From an uncultured Verrucomicrobiae bacterium (GTDB lineage Bacteria; Chlamydiota; Chlamydiia; Chlamydiales; Rhabdochlamydiaceae), in contig OY970364.1 in assembly GCA_963718565.1 (NCBI GenBank), positions 128,001 to 192,000 of the forward strand: DNA of 64,000 bases, in the 5' to 3' direction. A model generated the notes under the pieces. That model was not told where the DNA came from. It saw only the letters and a list, made by a program, of their open reading frames with translations, and did not search any database. Shown here piece after piece: positions 38,581-49,368 of the stretch. Within the stretch, counting starts at the first letter, position 1; every line of letters starts with the position of its first letter. The position numbers and the translations under genes are program-made.

Positions 38581-39702
38581 TTAACGACTGGTCTTCTTTT
38601 GTGACTTCTTTTTCGTAAGCTTTTTCTTGGTCGCTGGCACTGCGCTTAATTCAGCTTCAATTTCTTCTACAGTGGGTAGGCTGGACTTGAGTTCTTTGGG
38701 AAGCTTTTCAACCAGCTTAACTTCAAATTCGGCTACTCCAATAGGCCGATTGAAGTTTCTTAAGACGTATTCGGCAAAGACATTGTCCTTTGTTCTGCAT
38801 AGGATAATGCCAATAGCAGGCTGGTCACTCTCATGTCTTAGTTGGTCGTCTACGGCTGAAAGATAGGCACTCATTTGTCCAGCATCGCGACTATCAAACT
38901 CTCCTCCCTTAAGCTCTACAATTATGTAACAACGCAATTTTAAATGGAAAAACAACAAGTCGATATACAGAGTTTTTTCTCCTGCATTAACTGGGTATTG
39001 CTGTCCAACAAAAGAAAAGCCCTGGCCCAGTTCAATCAGAAATTTTTGGATGTGCTTGACCAACCCATCTTCTAAGTCTTTTTCCAAATATTCCTTGTGT
39101 AATGTGAGGAAGTCGAAGAGATATGGGTCTTTTAAGGATTGTTGAGCTAAATCTGACTGAGGAGCTGGCAATGCTGCCTTGAAGTTTGTAATCGCCTTGC
39201 CTTCCCTACGATACAAGTCATTTTCGATCCAGACGGTAAGCATGCTGCGACTCCACCCATGCTCTATCGTTTTAGAGGCGTACCAAAGACGTTCATTGCT
39301 ATCTTTTATTTTTTGAAGAAGAAGTATGTTATGTCCCCATGGAATGCCAAAAACAGGCAAAGATTCAAATTGTCGCACAGCTTGTGCGACTTTTTCATAG
39401 GCCATAAAAAATGCCTTCATTCTGAAGATGTTAGCTCTTGAAAATCCTTCTATTCCTGGAAACTCATTTTGAAGCTCTTTGGCCGCTTTTTCCAAGACCT
39501 TGCTACCCCATCCGCCCTGCTCTTGCTTTTCAACTATTTCCTTGCCGATTTCCCAATATAGTTTGATCAGTTCGCTATTAACGGAAACAACAGCCTTGAT
39601 TTGAGATGATCGTATCTTAGCCTTTAAGGAAGTGATAAACTTTGTGTATTCGACTGTAGAGGCTTCGCCTTTTTTTACTTTTGGAAGAAATTTTTTAGCC
39701 AT
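38581..39702 (-). CDS. DUF1016/YhcG-family PD-(D/E)XK nuclease
   Basis: LYWEIGK, IPWGHN, KDPYLFDFL, YIDLLFFH, IVELK. Confidence 0.9.
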   Translation of the reverse strand: MAKKFLPKVKKGEASTVEYTKFITSLKAKIRSSQIKAVVSVNSELIKLYWEIGKEIVEKQEQGGWGSKVLEKAAKELQNEFPGIEGFSRANIFRMKAFFMAYEKVAQAVRQFESLPVFGIPWGHNILLLQKIKDSNERLWYASKTIEHGWSRSMLTVWIENDLYRREGKAITNFKAALPAPQSDLAQQSLKDPYLFDFLTLHKEYLEKDLEDGLVKHIQKFLIELGQGFSFVGQQYPVNAGEKTLYIDLLFFHLKLRCYIIVELKGGEFDSRDAGQMSAYLSAVDDQLRHESDQPAIGIILCRTKDNVFAEYVLRNFNRPIGVAEFEVKLVEKLPKELKSSLPTVEEIEAELSAVPATKKKLTKKKSQKKTSR

Positions 39703-40198
39703 TGGAGACTCCTATCAAATCTTTCATGAGTAGCTCCATTTGGTAATGGGGCACAGGATGCCAGCTTGCAATGAATTCTCCGACGATCTTAAAACCCACT
39801 TTTTGGTATACATGAATAGCTCTTGTATTTGTGGCTTCAGGGTCTATTAGAACCTTCTTCACATGGGAAAACTGACTTCTTAAGAATTCTTTGATCATTG
39901 GCACAGCTATCCCTTTACCTAGATAGGTTAGATCGCAAATAAACAGGTCCAAAGTGATCGAATTTTTTCCTTCTGGAGAAGTGATCAAAAAGGCAAAGGG
40001 AATTTCTTTATCGTAACCAATCCAGTAGGTAGTATCCGACACTCCTTGGAAGAATTTTTCAAGACCATTCAAGGTGTTTTGCAATCCCACTCCATGCATC
40101 CATTCTTTAATGTGCTTTTGCTCCAACCATTCATGAATAAATACTCTCTGAGAAGATGTTACAGGAGCAAAATGGAAAGTGGGTCCAGTATGTTTCAT
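39695..40198 (-). CDS. GNAT acetyltransferase (AAC(6')-like, Acetyltransf_8)
   Basis: LDLFI...YLGKG, IDPEATNTRAIHVYQKVGF. Confidence 0.85.
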   Translation of the reverse strand: MKHTGPTFHFAPVTSSQRVFIHEWLEQKHIKEWMHGVGLQNTLNGLEKFFQGVSDTTYWIGYDKEIPFAFLITSPEGKNSITLDLFICDLTYLGKGIAVPMIKEFLRSQFSHVKKVLIDPEATNTRAIHVYQKVGFKIVGEFIASWHPVPHYQMELLMKDLIGVSNG

Positions 40199-40329
40199 AA
40201 TCTTAACACCTACTAAGTGGTGAAATCATACATGGCTTGCATTTAGGCCAATTTCCATGAACCATCAGATATCCGCTCATATTTTAAATATCGACTAAGG
40301 TCTACTGGTTTGAGCCTGTTATGCATAGC

Positions 40330-41460
40330 TTATCCTAAAATCTTTTGAGTCATGGTTGTGACCATCCGTTGTTTATGTTCTTGAGACAAGTGAGCATAGC
40401 GTTTAGTGGACTGCATATCTTTGTGTCCAAGTAAGGTCCCAATATCCAGTAAGCTGTATCCACTCATAGCAAGGTAGGAGGCAACCGTATGCCGCAAATC
40501 ATGGAATCTAAAGTCGACAATATTGGCCAGTTTTACTGCCCTTTCCCAAGCAGAGCGAATGTCGATCGGTTTTTTGGGATCATTTGTAGAAGGGAAAATT
40601 AATGCTTCTTGATTAGGAATGGTGGTCAATCGTTCTTTCATCAAATGAAGGGGAGTGCCAACCAAAGGGACTGAACGGACATCTCCATTTTTGGTTTCTT
40701 TTAAAGTAATGACATTTCGCCCAATATCCACATCTCCTTTCTTCAGCTTCATGATTTCGCTGTAGCGCATCCCTGTGGAAAGGGCTAAAAGAACAGCCAA
40801 ATATAGGACTTTACAGCCACTTTTTTGACAGGCATCAAGTAAACGTACCTTTTCTTCTTCTGAAAGGAAGCGAATTCTGGCATTGGAAAGGGTAGGCTTA
40901 CTGATTTTGCGCACTGGGTTTTCTGTGATCCAACCCCATTCCTTGATCATGATGGTGAAAACATGAGACAGGCTCGAAATATAGCGAATGGCCGTTGTAG
41001 GAGAACGGTTTTTTCCTGCCTTGATTTCTTCTGTCAGAAGCAAATCTTTCTTTTCTGCGATGAGGCTGGGTTTGATGCAGTCAAGACTGTAATCGCCAAG
41101 CTGACGCTTCCACCATAGCAAATGGCGATGAACATTTTTGGCATCTTTTGGTTTGCCTAGCAAAATAGATTTGATATATCTGTCGATTGCTTCGCCCAAG
41201 GTGTGCTTTTGAGCTTCAACTTTATCGAAGTAGCGGCCTTCTTCGATTTCTACTTCGGTGTTTCTTTTCCACTTCTTGGCCAGTGTTAAGGAAGTGAACG
41301 TTTTGGTAACAGGCGGATGTCCTTTGATGCGAACCCTGACCCTATAGCTATCAGTGCCGTCTTTATTTGGTCTTTTATCAATACCATTCATGGCTTTAAC
41401 CCCTTCATCTTGATTGTTAGGGTTAGCCATTGCAGATGATGAATGATTTTTCGTACTCAT
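40330..41460 (-). CDS. Tyrosine integrase (intact); start may be the internal Met at about 41391
   Basis: TGMRYSEI, TKNG, HDLRHT, LLGH, RYAH. Confidence 0.95.
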   Translation of the reverse strand: MSTKNHSSSAMANPNNQDEGVKAMNGIDKRPNKDGTDSYRVRVRIKGHPPVTKTFTSLTLAKKWKRNTEVEIEEGRYFDKVEAQKHTLGEAIDRYIKSILLGKPKDAKNVHRHLLWWKRQLGDYSLDCIKPSLIAEKKDLLLTEEIKAGKNRSPTTAIRYISSLSHVFTIMIKEWGWITENPVRKISKPTLSNARIRFLSEEEKVRLLDACQKSGCKVLYLAVLLALSTGMRYSEIMKLKKGDVDIGRNVITLKETKNGDVRSVPLVGTPLHLMKERLTTIPNQEALIFPSTNDPKKPIDIRSAWERAVKLANIVDFRFHDLRHTVASYLAMSGYSLLDIGTLLGHKDMQSTKRYAHLSQEHKQRMVTTMTQKILG

Positions 41461-41582
41461 TTGCTACATTTTGTGGGTGAGTGGTCCAAGAATGGTCCAC
41501 ACTACCCAAAACGGCTTGTTGCTGTCAAGATTGTTTTTATCTGACAGCCTTCAAGCGTATGTATGAGAACGATTTAAGAAAA

Positions 41583-41624
41583 TGGGGCAAGCAGGACTTG
41601 AACCAGGGACCGACGGGTTATGAG
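41583..41624 (-). repeat. att site: 3' half of tRNA(CAU), junction between islands A and B
   Basis: TGGGGCAAGCAGGACTTGAACCAGGGACCGACGGGTTATGAG, homologous to 37061 and 56048. Confidence 0.85.
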
Positions 41625-41887
41625 GGAGCGAGAATTCTTTCCTAACCAGCACCATCCAACCTCTATGGACTCCACTATAGGAGATTAGAAAGAATCATGC
41701 CACTGGTTTTTACTCGATAATACCGGTCAAAATCGACGGTCTTTGCACCGCCACTGCACCGGTATCATTGATCAATTTGCCAATGAGAATTTTTAAATTT
41801 GACATTAAGAGTGTGAAGGGGATGCGTGATGCAATTATATATCTTATAATGATATTCTTAAGTTTCAAGCGCTAATCGAGAATTTTA

Positions 41888-42406
41888 TTGTATTCTAGAA
41901 TAATTAGACTGGCCTTCGTCTTAACTTCCCTAGCACCCGTCTTTCTGTCGCTAGCTTTTGTGGCCTATTTGCAAAGCGGTATAGGTATCCAGACCATCTT
42001 CATGACTTGTATGGCATTAGCGCTTTTTTTTGGCTGTGTTCTTTTCGCGCGGTATGGAGTTACAAAACTTGAGGTGTTTTCTGAGAGAGTTGAGGGAATA
42101 AAAAGCGCCGATTCTGAGGTTCTCTCTTTCTTGTTTATTTATTCGTTTCCTTTTTTGACTAAAGCAGAACTTTTGCCTGATTATCCAACCTCCATTTACA
42201 TCGCAATTGTTTTTGGCGCGATATTGTACAATTTAAATTGCTTGTATTTCAGTCCAATCCTTGGCATACTCGGTTACCATCTCTATGAGGTAAATTTAAC
42301 GAACGGGGTTACCTGCGTATTGCTTTCAAAACGGACTTTCCGCGGCGTTCCTAATGGACTACGGATTGTGCGTTTGTCTGAATACGTACTAATAGAGAAG
42401 GAATAG
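41888..42406 (+). CDS. kwaA: Kiwa anti-phage membrane protein KwaA
   Basis: Four predicted TM segments; SFLFIYSFPFL and YFSPILGILGYHLYEV; directly upstream of a DUF4868-like gene. Confidence 0.72.
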   Translation: MYSRIIRLAFVLTSLAPVFLSLAFVAYLQSGIGIQTIFMTCMALALFFGCVLFARYGVTKLEVFSERVEGIKSADSEVLSFLFIYSFPFLTKAELLPDYPTSIYIAIVFGAILYNLNCLYFSPILGILGYHLYEVNLTNGVTCVLLSKRTFRGVPNGLRIVRLSEYVLIEKE

Positions 42407-42410
42407 CACT

Positions 42411-43292
42411 TTGGAAGATCGGCTTTTCAATTTTTTTGTGCTCACAAATATTCCTCAGCATCGTATCTTGCATGTACAGATTACATTTGACCTTCAGAAA
42501 ACCCTCACAGCAGAGTTTCGGCGTCAACGAAATGAGTTTATGCGGGAACGAGAAGAAATTGAATACAAACCTGGTTATCATTTAGATCCGCATGAGGTAT
42601 TTAAGATTAGCCCGTTTGATGATTTGGACAATCTTCTCTCTATTACAAGTTCTCCTTCCTCATTGAATTCGCTCGAGCCAGATTCTGAGTTATACGGACA
42701 TATCACGGCCTTCTTCTCGATAGCGGATGATGATAAAGAATTGCTTTTTCAGAACTTTGATAGGAGAAGGGTGATTTCAACCAAAGGGTCACTGATATGG
42801 TCTGGTAATACATATCGTCAAATGGATGCACCTGGATTAAACCTTGCTATAAGTTTGGCTGCAATTTTACGACGTGACGACTTGCTCTTTCATAGTTCCT
42901 GGTGCGCGAGGCGGATTTTTGACCTAACGCAGTATCTAAGAGAGGCCACTGATGATCAAATCATGCAATTCCTTACACACACACATTTCCATTGCTCGGA
43001 TATTAACAAGGTGATTGAAAAATTCAGTACTTGGGAGAGAACCAAAGTGTGCCTAATTCTTGAGTCTGGAATCTTAGATGACTTTAACCCAGAGCAAATG
43101 AAAATGGTGGCAGCAGATCTTCAGTACGAACTACTGCTCAATAACGAAGGTCGCATGATATTCCCTGAGGACAAAAAGCGGTTAAAAGGAATGCTTCGTT
43201 TTCTTGCCGAGGATTATATGATGTCACCTCTTACTGAAAAACTCCATGTTGTAACCTCTAAAAGACCCATTATCTCGCCGTCATCGATATAG
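42411..43292 (+). CDS. kwaB: Kiwa anti-phage protein KwaB (DUF4868-like)
   Basis: LLFQNFDRRRVI, RRIFDLTQYLREATD, C-terminal LRFLAEDY..SPLT; size and context. Confidence 0.72.
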   Translation: MEDRLFNFFVLTNIPQHRILHVQITFDLQKTLTAEFRRQRNEFMREREEIEYKPGYHLDPHEVFKISPFDDLDNLLSITSSPSSLNSLEPDSELYGHITAFFSIADDDKELLFQNFDRRRVISTKGSLIWSGNTYRQMDAPGLNLAISLAAILRRDDLLFHSSWCARRIFDLTQYLREATDDQIMQFLTHTHFHCSDINKVIEKFSTWERTKVCLILESGILDDFNPEQMKMVAADLQYELLLNNEGRMIFPEDKKRLKGMLRFLAEDYMMSPLTEKLHVVTSKRPIISPSSI

Positions 43293-43298
43293 TCAATT

Positions 43299-45722
43299 TC
43301 AATATGTGTTCGATAGGCGTTTGGAAAGTGTACGAGGGTCTATTGCTAGATATAGATATTTCTGAAAGCCTGAGAACACCCTGCTAATTTCATCAGCGGG
43401 CATTTTAAGCTTGGTAATGGCATCGGTGATGGAATTGTGATATTTGAGTCGTAATAAGGGAGCCAATTTTTCTTGATCAAGTTCCTCGACGCCAACGTTA
43501 ACATAGTGCGAAAGCACAAAATCGAGAAAGACTTGTTGGTTGCTGTTGAAATCCTGACCGATGAGGACCTTAGCTCTTGCTGCGCGTTCTTCGCGCGTAA
43601 GTGGGGGAAGGGCATACGCCACGTAAGCCAATACGTCGAACAGATCGCTCTTCTCAGCGTTAATGATCTTCTGCATCTCGAACAATTGTTCACTGCCAAA
43701 GCCTTTCTCAGCGAGTCCTTGCAAGAGTTTCTTCCGGGTATCCGGCATGCTCCATAGAGTACGGAGTTCTTTTTCATCTTTGAAAAACTCTGGCAATTTG
43801 CCAAAAAGCTGTTCCATAAACTGCTGCGCAGACAGCGGCGTCCCATCGGGATGCCAGAACGTGGTGGCCATCATGTGTTGGATATCACGTTCTTTGCCAT
43901 CAGCGAGTTTTACTTTCGCTCTTATCTTTTTCTTGCATACGCAATCTATGTTCCCGCAAACAGCACAGGGTTCTTTTGGACATTCACAGGGGCGCTGTTG
44001 GCACGTCGAGCATGGTTGCGGAGTTCTCCTTTTGCATTCACAAGGCCGACAACTACACTTTGAGCATGGGAGCTCTTCTACTGGCGGTCCATCCCATTCC
44101 GGGTCTTGGAAACGATGATGAGCTTTCACAAAGTCATAAATCGTGAAGTAATCCTTCCCGTCGTATAGACGTGTGCCTCGTCCGATGATTTGCTTAAATT
44201 CAATCATAGAATTCACTGGACGCATGAGAATAATATTGCGGATGTTGCGGGCGTCTACTCCTGTTGAGAGTTTCTGCGAGGTCGTAAGGATAGCTGGTAT
44301 TGTTTTCTCGTTGTCTTGAAAAGCGCGTAGGTGCTGATCTCCAAGGGTTCCATCGTTAGCTGTTACTCTTTGGCAGTAATTGGGATCTTTGCTTGTCTTA
44401 ATCTGATTGATTAAATCGCGCACCATCAATGCGTGATTCTGTGTAGCGCAGAATACAAGAGTCTTCTCATTTTGATTGATCTGGTTCATGAAAATTTCAA
44501 CTCGCTTTCTCTCGCGTTCTTTGATTTCGATGATTTTATTGAAATCAGACTCTGTGTAACGCTTTCCACCTTCAATTTCGCCATCAACCAAGTCATCATC
44601 GGGTGTATAGACATAGTCGTCGAGGGTTGTGGAAATCTGCTGTACCTTGAAGGGCGTGAGGAAACCGTCATTGATACCTTCCTTGAGCGAGTAGATATAA
44701 ACCGGCTCGCCGAAGTAATCGTAGGTATCCACGTTATCCTTGCGCTTGGGTGTGGCGGTTAGCCCTAACTGCACTGCTGGGGAGAAGTATTCAAGAATGC
44801 CTCGCCAGTTGCTCTCGTCGTTTGCACCTCCGCGATGGCACTCGTCAATGATGATGAAATCGAAGAAGTCGGGCGGATACTCCCCAAAATAGGGAGATGG
44901 CTGCCCATCCTTGGGAGGACCACTCATAAAAGTCTGGAAAATAGTAAAGAATAAGCTGCCGTTTTTTGGCACCCTGCCATTCTTTCGGATATCCATCGGA
45001 TCAATACGCATAAGTGCATCCTCAGGAAAAGAGGAGAAGGCGTTGAAGGCTTGATTTGCTAGGATATTACGGTCAGCGAGAAAGAGGATACGTGGTCGGC
45101 GCGAAGGTTCTCGGGTCAGGTTCCAACGGCTATAAAACAGTTTCCAAGCGATTTGAAATGCGATAAACGTCTTTCCTGTGCCAGTGGCAAGGGTTAGGAG
45201 AATGCGTTGACGATCTTCACCAATCGCCTCCATTACCCGTTCAACCGCAATGTCCTGATAGTAGCGACTGGAATGTGAGCCACTCTTGTCCTCAAAAGGG
45301 ATGTCAGCGAATCGATTCCGCCAAGCATTTACCTTGGCGAAGGTCGTATTCCAGAGTTCGTCTGGTGTGGGATAGCACGCGATCTTGCCTTCCTTCCCGG
45401 TCTCCATATCGATGCCATAGATGCCTTGGCCATTGGTGGAATAGGTAAAGCGAATGGCTAACTTGCTCGCGTAATTCTTTGCCTGGGCAACGCCTTCCGT
45501 CAATGGTTCTTCCCAAGGTTTAGCCTCGATGACAGCGATCTTATGATTGCGATAAACTAGCACATAATCAGCGCTTAGCGGTTTCCCGCGTCTCCCATGA
45601 CCTTCGACACGGCCCGGCGTAATGGAGTACTCGCGCAGAATTTTGCTGCCCTCAACGACGCCCCAACCAGCCGCTTTTAATGCGGGATCGATATGTTCTG
45701 CTCTGGTTTCGGCTTCGTTCAT
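43299..45722 (-). CDS. hsdR: Type I restriction enzyme R subunit (EcoEI/EcoAI-like)
   Basis: NEAETR...ADYVL...IEAK nuclease; LATGTGKT; DECH; LTATP; QIIGRGTR. Confidence 0.93.
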   Translation of the reverse strand: MNEAETRAEHIDPALKAAGWGVVEGSKILREYSITPGRVEGHGRRGKPLSADYVLVYRNHKIAVIEAKPWEEPLTEGVAQAKNYASKLAIRFTYSTNGQGIYGIDMETGKEGKIACYPTPDELWNTTFAKVNAWRNRFADIPFEDKSGSHSSRYYQDIAVERVMEAIGEDRQRILLTLATGTGKTFIAFQIAWKLFYSRWNLTREPSRRPRILFLADRNILANQAFNAFSSFPEDALMRIDPMDIRKNGRVPKNGSLFFTIFQTFMSGPPKDGQPSPYFGEYPPDFFDFIIIDECHRGGANDESNWRGILEYFSPAVQLGLTATPKRKDNVDTYDYFGEPVYIYSLKEGINDGFLTPFKVQQISTTLDDYVYTPDDDLVDGEIEGGKRYTESDFNKIIEIKERERKRVEIFMNQINQNEKTLVFCATQNHALMVRDLINQIKTSKDPNYCQRVTANDGTLGDQHLRAFQDNEKTIPAILTTSQKLSTGVDARNIRNIILMRPVNSMIEFKQIIGRGTRLYDGKDYFTIYDFVKAHHRFQDPEWDGPPVEELPCSKCSCRPCECKRRTPQPCSTCQQRPCECPKEPCAVCGNIDCVCKKKIRAKVKLADGKERDIQHMMATTFWHPDGTPLSAQQFMEQLFGKLPEFFKDEKELRTLWSMPDTRKKLLQGLAEKGFGSEQLFEMQKIINAEKSDLFDVLAYVAYALPPLTREERAARAKVLIGQDFNSNQQVFLDFVLSHYVNVGVEELDQEKLAPLLRLKYHNSITDAITKLKMPADEISRVFSGFQKYLYLAIDPRTLSKRLSNTY

Positions 45723-45730
45723 AGGGTGGC

Positions 45731-46888
45731 CTAAAGGTTCCCATTGAAGGCTTGGGCTAGGAGCGACTGTTTTAATTTCTCTAGTGCGGCAAGTTTCTGC
45801 TGATAGACGACTTCCAGACGGTGGGTTTCAACCCAAAGAGCCTCACACTCAGCAGCAATGCGTTCTTGTTCCTTGAGTTGTTGTGGAACTGCTATCGTCA
45901 AGAAACTCCATTTGGATTTGTTAATAATTGGCAAGGTGGCCTGGCCTGAACTCAAGAGTACGCGTCGCTGAAAATTTTCAGTAAGCATCTGATAATAAAC
46001 GAATTTATAAGATATGCCGTTAAATGGTATCAGTGAATTGATTTGTTGGTTCGTCGTTATATTTTGATCGCAATGGCCACATTTTCCAATGGTCGCGCCT
46101 ATGCAGACCATCAGTACCGACCTAGCCGGAACTTTGCGTGCTTCCGACAACCCTTGCTCTGAGAGACCATCGTTCTTATAATCAAGAGAGCCGTCAATAT
46201 TGAAGTCACCCGGCTTTATGAAAGGAATAAAGTTGCCATAGTTCTCTTTTCTAGAAGTTGTGGGTGTGGACCCTGTCTGCGTCGTGCCAATCTGTTCAAG
46301 TGACTTTTCTAACCACCCATCACCCCGCTGAGTAAACACCGTGTTGAGATGGCTTTCGAAAAGGGCTCGAGCGTTTTGGAGGTTCTTTTCGGCGTTGGTT
46401 TTGGCGGTGGCGATACCATCAAACGCTTTGTCGAGGATGGCGACAATTCGTTGTTGTTCGGTGAGCGATATAAACGCGATGGGCAGAGCCTCGATTTCTG
46501 ATTTGCTGATTGAGGCAAAAACTGCTCCTTCTTTTCCTGCGATCTCTGGTTGCAAATACAGCAGTTGGTAAAATAAGAAATCACGATTTAGTTCACCTCT
46601 ACTGCGGATTGCAGCCAACCCTCTTCCAATACAAGCTTCATAGGTAGCAAAGTTGATTGGTCCAACGGGAGCACGAACAGACATGAGGATATCACCATAT
46701 CGTGCAATCTTGGTGATTTGAGTAGTCCAGGTCGTTGGATCTTCAATGAACTTTTCCCCAAAGTCTTTTTTTCCTTGATAGAAGGGTATTCCCTTGCCAT
46801 CGGTATTGTAAAACTTTCCTTCCGGGGATTGGCCCGCTATAACTTCACACAGATCACCGATTTGTTTGCGTTGCCATCCGTTTTTCAT
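45731..46888 (-). CDS. hsdS: Type I restriction specificity subunit
   Basis: Two TRDs; EQQRIVAILD and EQERIA; LKQSLLAQAFNGNL. Confidence 0.93.
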   Translation of the reverse strand: MKNGWQRKQIGDLCEVIAGQSPEGKFYNTDGKGIPFYQGKKDFGEKFIEDPTTWTTQITKIARYGDILMSVRAPVGPINFATYEACIGRGLAAIRSRGELNRDFLFYQLLYLQPEIAGKEGAVFASISKSEIEALPIAFISLTEQQRIVAILDKAFDGIATAKTNAEKNLQNARALFESHLNTVFTQRGDGWLEKSLEQIGTTQTGSTPTTSRKENYGNFIPFIKPGDFNIDGSLDYKNDGLSEQGLSEARKVPARSVLMVCIGATIGKCGHCDQNITTNQQINSLIPFNGISYKFVYYQMLTENFQRRVLLSSGQATLPIINKSKWSFLTIAVPQQLKEQERIAAECEALWVETHRLEVVYQQKLAALEKLKQSLLAQAFNGNL

Positions 46889-48336
46889 ACCAGTCCTCTG
46901 ATATTTGCCAGCACAGCGGCACTTGCAGCAGCCAACGCAGTAATCTCGTCCATGATCTCAGCAGGACTGCGATGCGCTATTACCTCGCCGCCATTCGGGT
47001 TCTTCACAGATAAATCGAAAGTCATCTGATCAATATTTTTGGCATCCACACTCCAGCTCTTGGGCGAGTCAGCAAAAGTTTTCTGCAATTCGACAAATTC
47101 AGTGAGGTCGGCATCGTTGAGAGGATTGGTCTTGCCGAGATTGCGACCGGGGTCAAGTTGATAATACCAGACCTTCCGTGTTTTCATACCTTTCTCGAAA
47201 AACAGAACTATGGTCTTTACGCCTGCACCTTGGAAGGTTCCCCCAGGACAGTCGAGCACAGTATGCAGGTCGCAGTTTTCCAATAGGAATTGACGCAGGC
47301 TGACTGAGGCATTATCCGTGTTGGAAAGGAAGGTGTTTTTGATAACCACTCCCGCCCGGCCGCCGGCTTTGAGCATCTTAATGAAGTGCTGAAGGAATAG
47401 AAAGGCCGTTTCTCCAGTACGAATAGGGAAGTTTTGCTGTACTTCCTTGCGTTCCTTGCCGCCGAATGGCGGATTGGCGAGAATTACATCGAAGCGGTCC
47501 TTTTCTTGAATGCCGTCGAGGTTTTCGGAAAGAGTATTTACGTGCAAAATATTTGGGGCCTCGATGCCATGCAAAATCAAATTCATGATTGCGATGATGT
47601 AGGCTAGAGGCTTCTTCTCTTTGCCGGTGAAAGTGCAGGTTTGGAGTATGGCGAGATCTTTAGTAGTGAGGTTGCCTTTTGACTTTAGGTAATCAAATGC
47701 TTCACACAAAAACCCTGCCGAGCCAACTGCGCCGTCATAAATTGTTTCGCCGATCTTCGGTTGTACCACCTGTACAATGGCACGGATAAGCGGTCGGGGG
47801 GTGTAATACTCACCGCCATTACGGCCGGCATTACCCATGTTCTTGATTTTTGTTTCGTATAGGTGCGAAAGCTCGTACTTCTCAGTCTGCGAACGAAAAC
47901 GCAACTCGTCAATTTGATCGATGATTTCCCGTAGGTTGTAGCCGCTGGCAATCTTGTTTCTAATTTCTGCGAAAATTTCGCCAATTTTGTATTCGATAGT
48001 ATTCGAATCTGCTTTGGCCTTAAAGCTGTGAAGGTAAGGGAAGAGCTTCTTATTAACAAAAACCAGTAAGTCATCGCCAGTCAAAGCGAGTTTGTGGTCA
48101 ATCTTTCCGTCATTGTCTTTGGGTGCTGCCCAGCTTTCCCAGCGATAGGGCTTTTCGAGGGTGAAGGAATATCCTCCTCCGCTTAATTCAGCCTCAAGGG
48201 CCTTATCATGCTCTAAGGCATCTAAGTATTTCAGAAATAAAATCCACGATGTCTGCTCCGTATAATCCAATTCACTCGTGCAGCCTGCATCCTTCCAAAG
48301 GACGTCATCGATATTCTTAAAAGCGCGCTCAAACAT
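46885..48336 (-). CDS. hsdM: Type I restriction N6-adenine methyltransferase
   Basis: GEYYTPR, DGAVGSAGFL, LANPPF; probable start MFERAF at 48336. Confidence 0.95.
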   Translation of the reverse strand: MFERAFKNIDDVLWKDAGCTSELDYTEQTSWILFLKYLDALEHDKALEAELSGGGYSFTLEKPYRWESWAAPKDNDGKIDHKLALTGDDLLVFVNKKLFPYLHSFKAKADSNTIEYKIGEIFAEIRNKIASGYNLREIIDQIDELRFRSQTEKYELSHLYETKIKNMGNAGRNGGEYYTPRPLIRAIVQVVQPKIGETIYDGAVGSAGFLCEAFDYLKSKGNLTTKDLAILQTCTFTGKEKKPLAYIIAIMNLILHGIEAPNILHVNTLSENLDGIQEKDRFDVILANPPFGGKERKEVQQNFPIRTGETAFLFLQHFIKMLKAGGRAGVVIKNTFLSNTDNASVSLRQFLLENCDLHTVLDCPGGTFQGAGVKTIVLFFEKGMKTRKVWYYQLDPGRNLGKTNPLNDADLTEFVELQKTFADSPKSWSVDAKNIDQMTFDLSVKNPNGGEVIAHRSPAEIMDEITALAAASAAVLANIRGLV

Positions 48337-48600
48337 AAGTGCCTCATTTCCAATAAGAGCACTTCCCAATTCGGATTCGCTCTTGCCTAGAAAAGAATCC
48401 TCGGTGCCCTGTTCGGCCACCGTATCAAAACTTAATTTATCATCGTTAATAAATCGTTGGGATCTGGCACTGTTTTTTGAAATTTTGCGTTTAACTTGCA
48501 TCGCGGATGCTTGTATTTAATTGTAATCGAACGGTAATATACAATTCGCAATTAAATTACATCAACTAAAATTAATTATGGATAATAATTTATAATTTAA

Positions 48601-49368
48601 ATGGACTATAACAGTAATCGATCTAGAAATTTGTTTCATGTAAATGAACTAAAACCGTACAAGCTAAGTCGGTCAAAGATCCAAAATTTTCTCGACTGCA
48701 CACGCTGTTTCTTTCTCGATCGAAAATGTGGCACAGGCCGTCCGCCGTCTTACCCATTCACACTCAATAATGCAGTGGATGCGCTTTTGAAGAGAGAGTT
48801 TAATCGATACCGCGAACAGGGCAAGGTACACCCTCTATGTTTGCAGCATGGAATTGATGCTGTTCCTTTTGACCATCCCGATCTCGATGAGTGGCGCATG
48901 AACCTGAAGGGCATCCAATATCATCATGGACCTACGAACTTTATCATTACCGGCTCGGTCGATGATGTTTGGGTAAAGCCTAATGGAGAGCTGATTGTGG
49001 TGGATTATAAGGCTACCAGTACGACCAAGGCTATAACGCTCGATGAGGAGTACCGTCAGGCGTACAAGAGGCAGATGGAGATCTATCAATGGCTTCTTAG
49101 AAGAAACGGTTTCCAGGTTTCAAAAACTGGATATTTTGTCTATTGCAATGGAGACTCTCAAAAGGAAGACCTTTCCGGGAAGCTGGAGTTTTCAATTTCT
49201 GTGATTCCTTACATTGGAGATGATTCTTGGGTCGAGCCAACCCTATTGGAAATTCGGGAGTGTCTCGAGGCAGATAAGATCCCCAGTCCAACTGATGAAT
49301 GTGATTTTTGCCAATATTGGGCAGCAGTAAAAAAGCATATCGATAATGAAGGAATTGTGAATGGCTGA
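48601..49368 (+). CDS. PD-(D/E)XK nuclease of the RecB/Cas4-like superfamily
   Basis: LSRSKI...CTRCF, GSVDD, VVDYK, QMEIY, C-terminal CDFC. Confidence 0.8.
   Translation: MDYNSNRSRNLFHVNELKPYKLSRSKIQNFLDCTRCFFLDRKCGTGRPPSYPFTLNNAVDALLKREFNRYREQGKVHPLCLQHGIDAVPFDHPDLDEWRMNLKGIQYHHGPTNFIITGSVDDVWVKPNGELIVVDYKATSTTKAITLDEEYRQAYKRQMEIYQWLLRRNGFQVSKTGYFVYCNGDSQKEDLSGKLEFSISVIPYIGDDSWVEPTLLEIRECLEADKIPSPTDECDFCQYWAAVKKHIDNEGIVNG

Larger units (their letters stand above)
37061..41624 (-). mobile_element. Island B: 4.6-kb tRNA(CAU)-targeting integrative element
   Basis: Flanked by tRNA-fragment direct repeats; integrase at one end; TGGTCCA-N4-TGGTCCA inside both ends. Confidence 0.8.

Noticed and set aside
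21285..40322. Shared 12-mer GAGCCTGTTATG at about 21285 and 40311 as IS ends
   Set aside because: Too short, same orientation, and no associated transposase or TSD.
48337..48501. 55-aa N-terminal extension of HsdM
   Set aside because: It starts at a non-conserved position; the family-typical start MFERAF is at 48336. Not supported as a domain.
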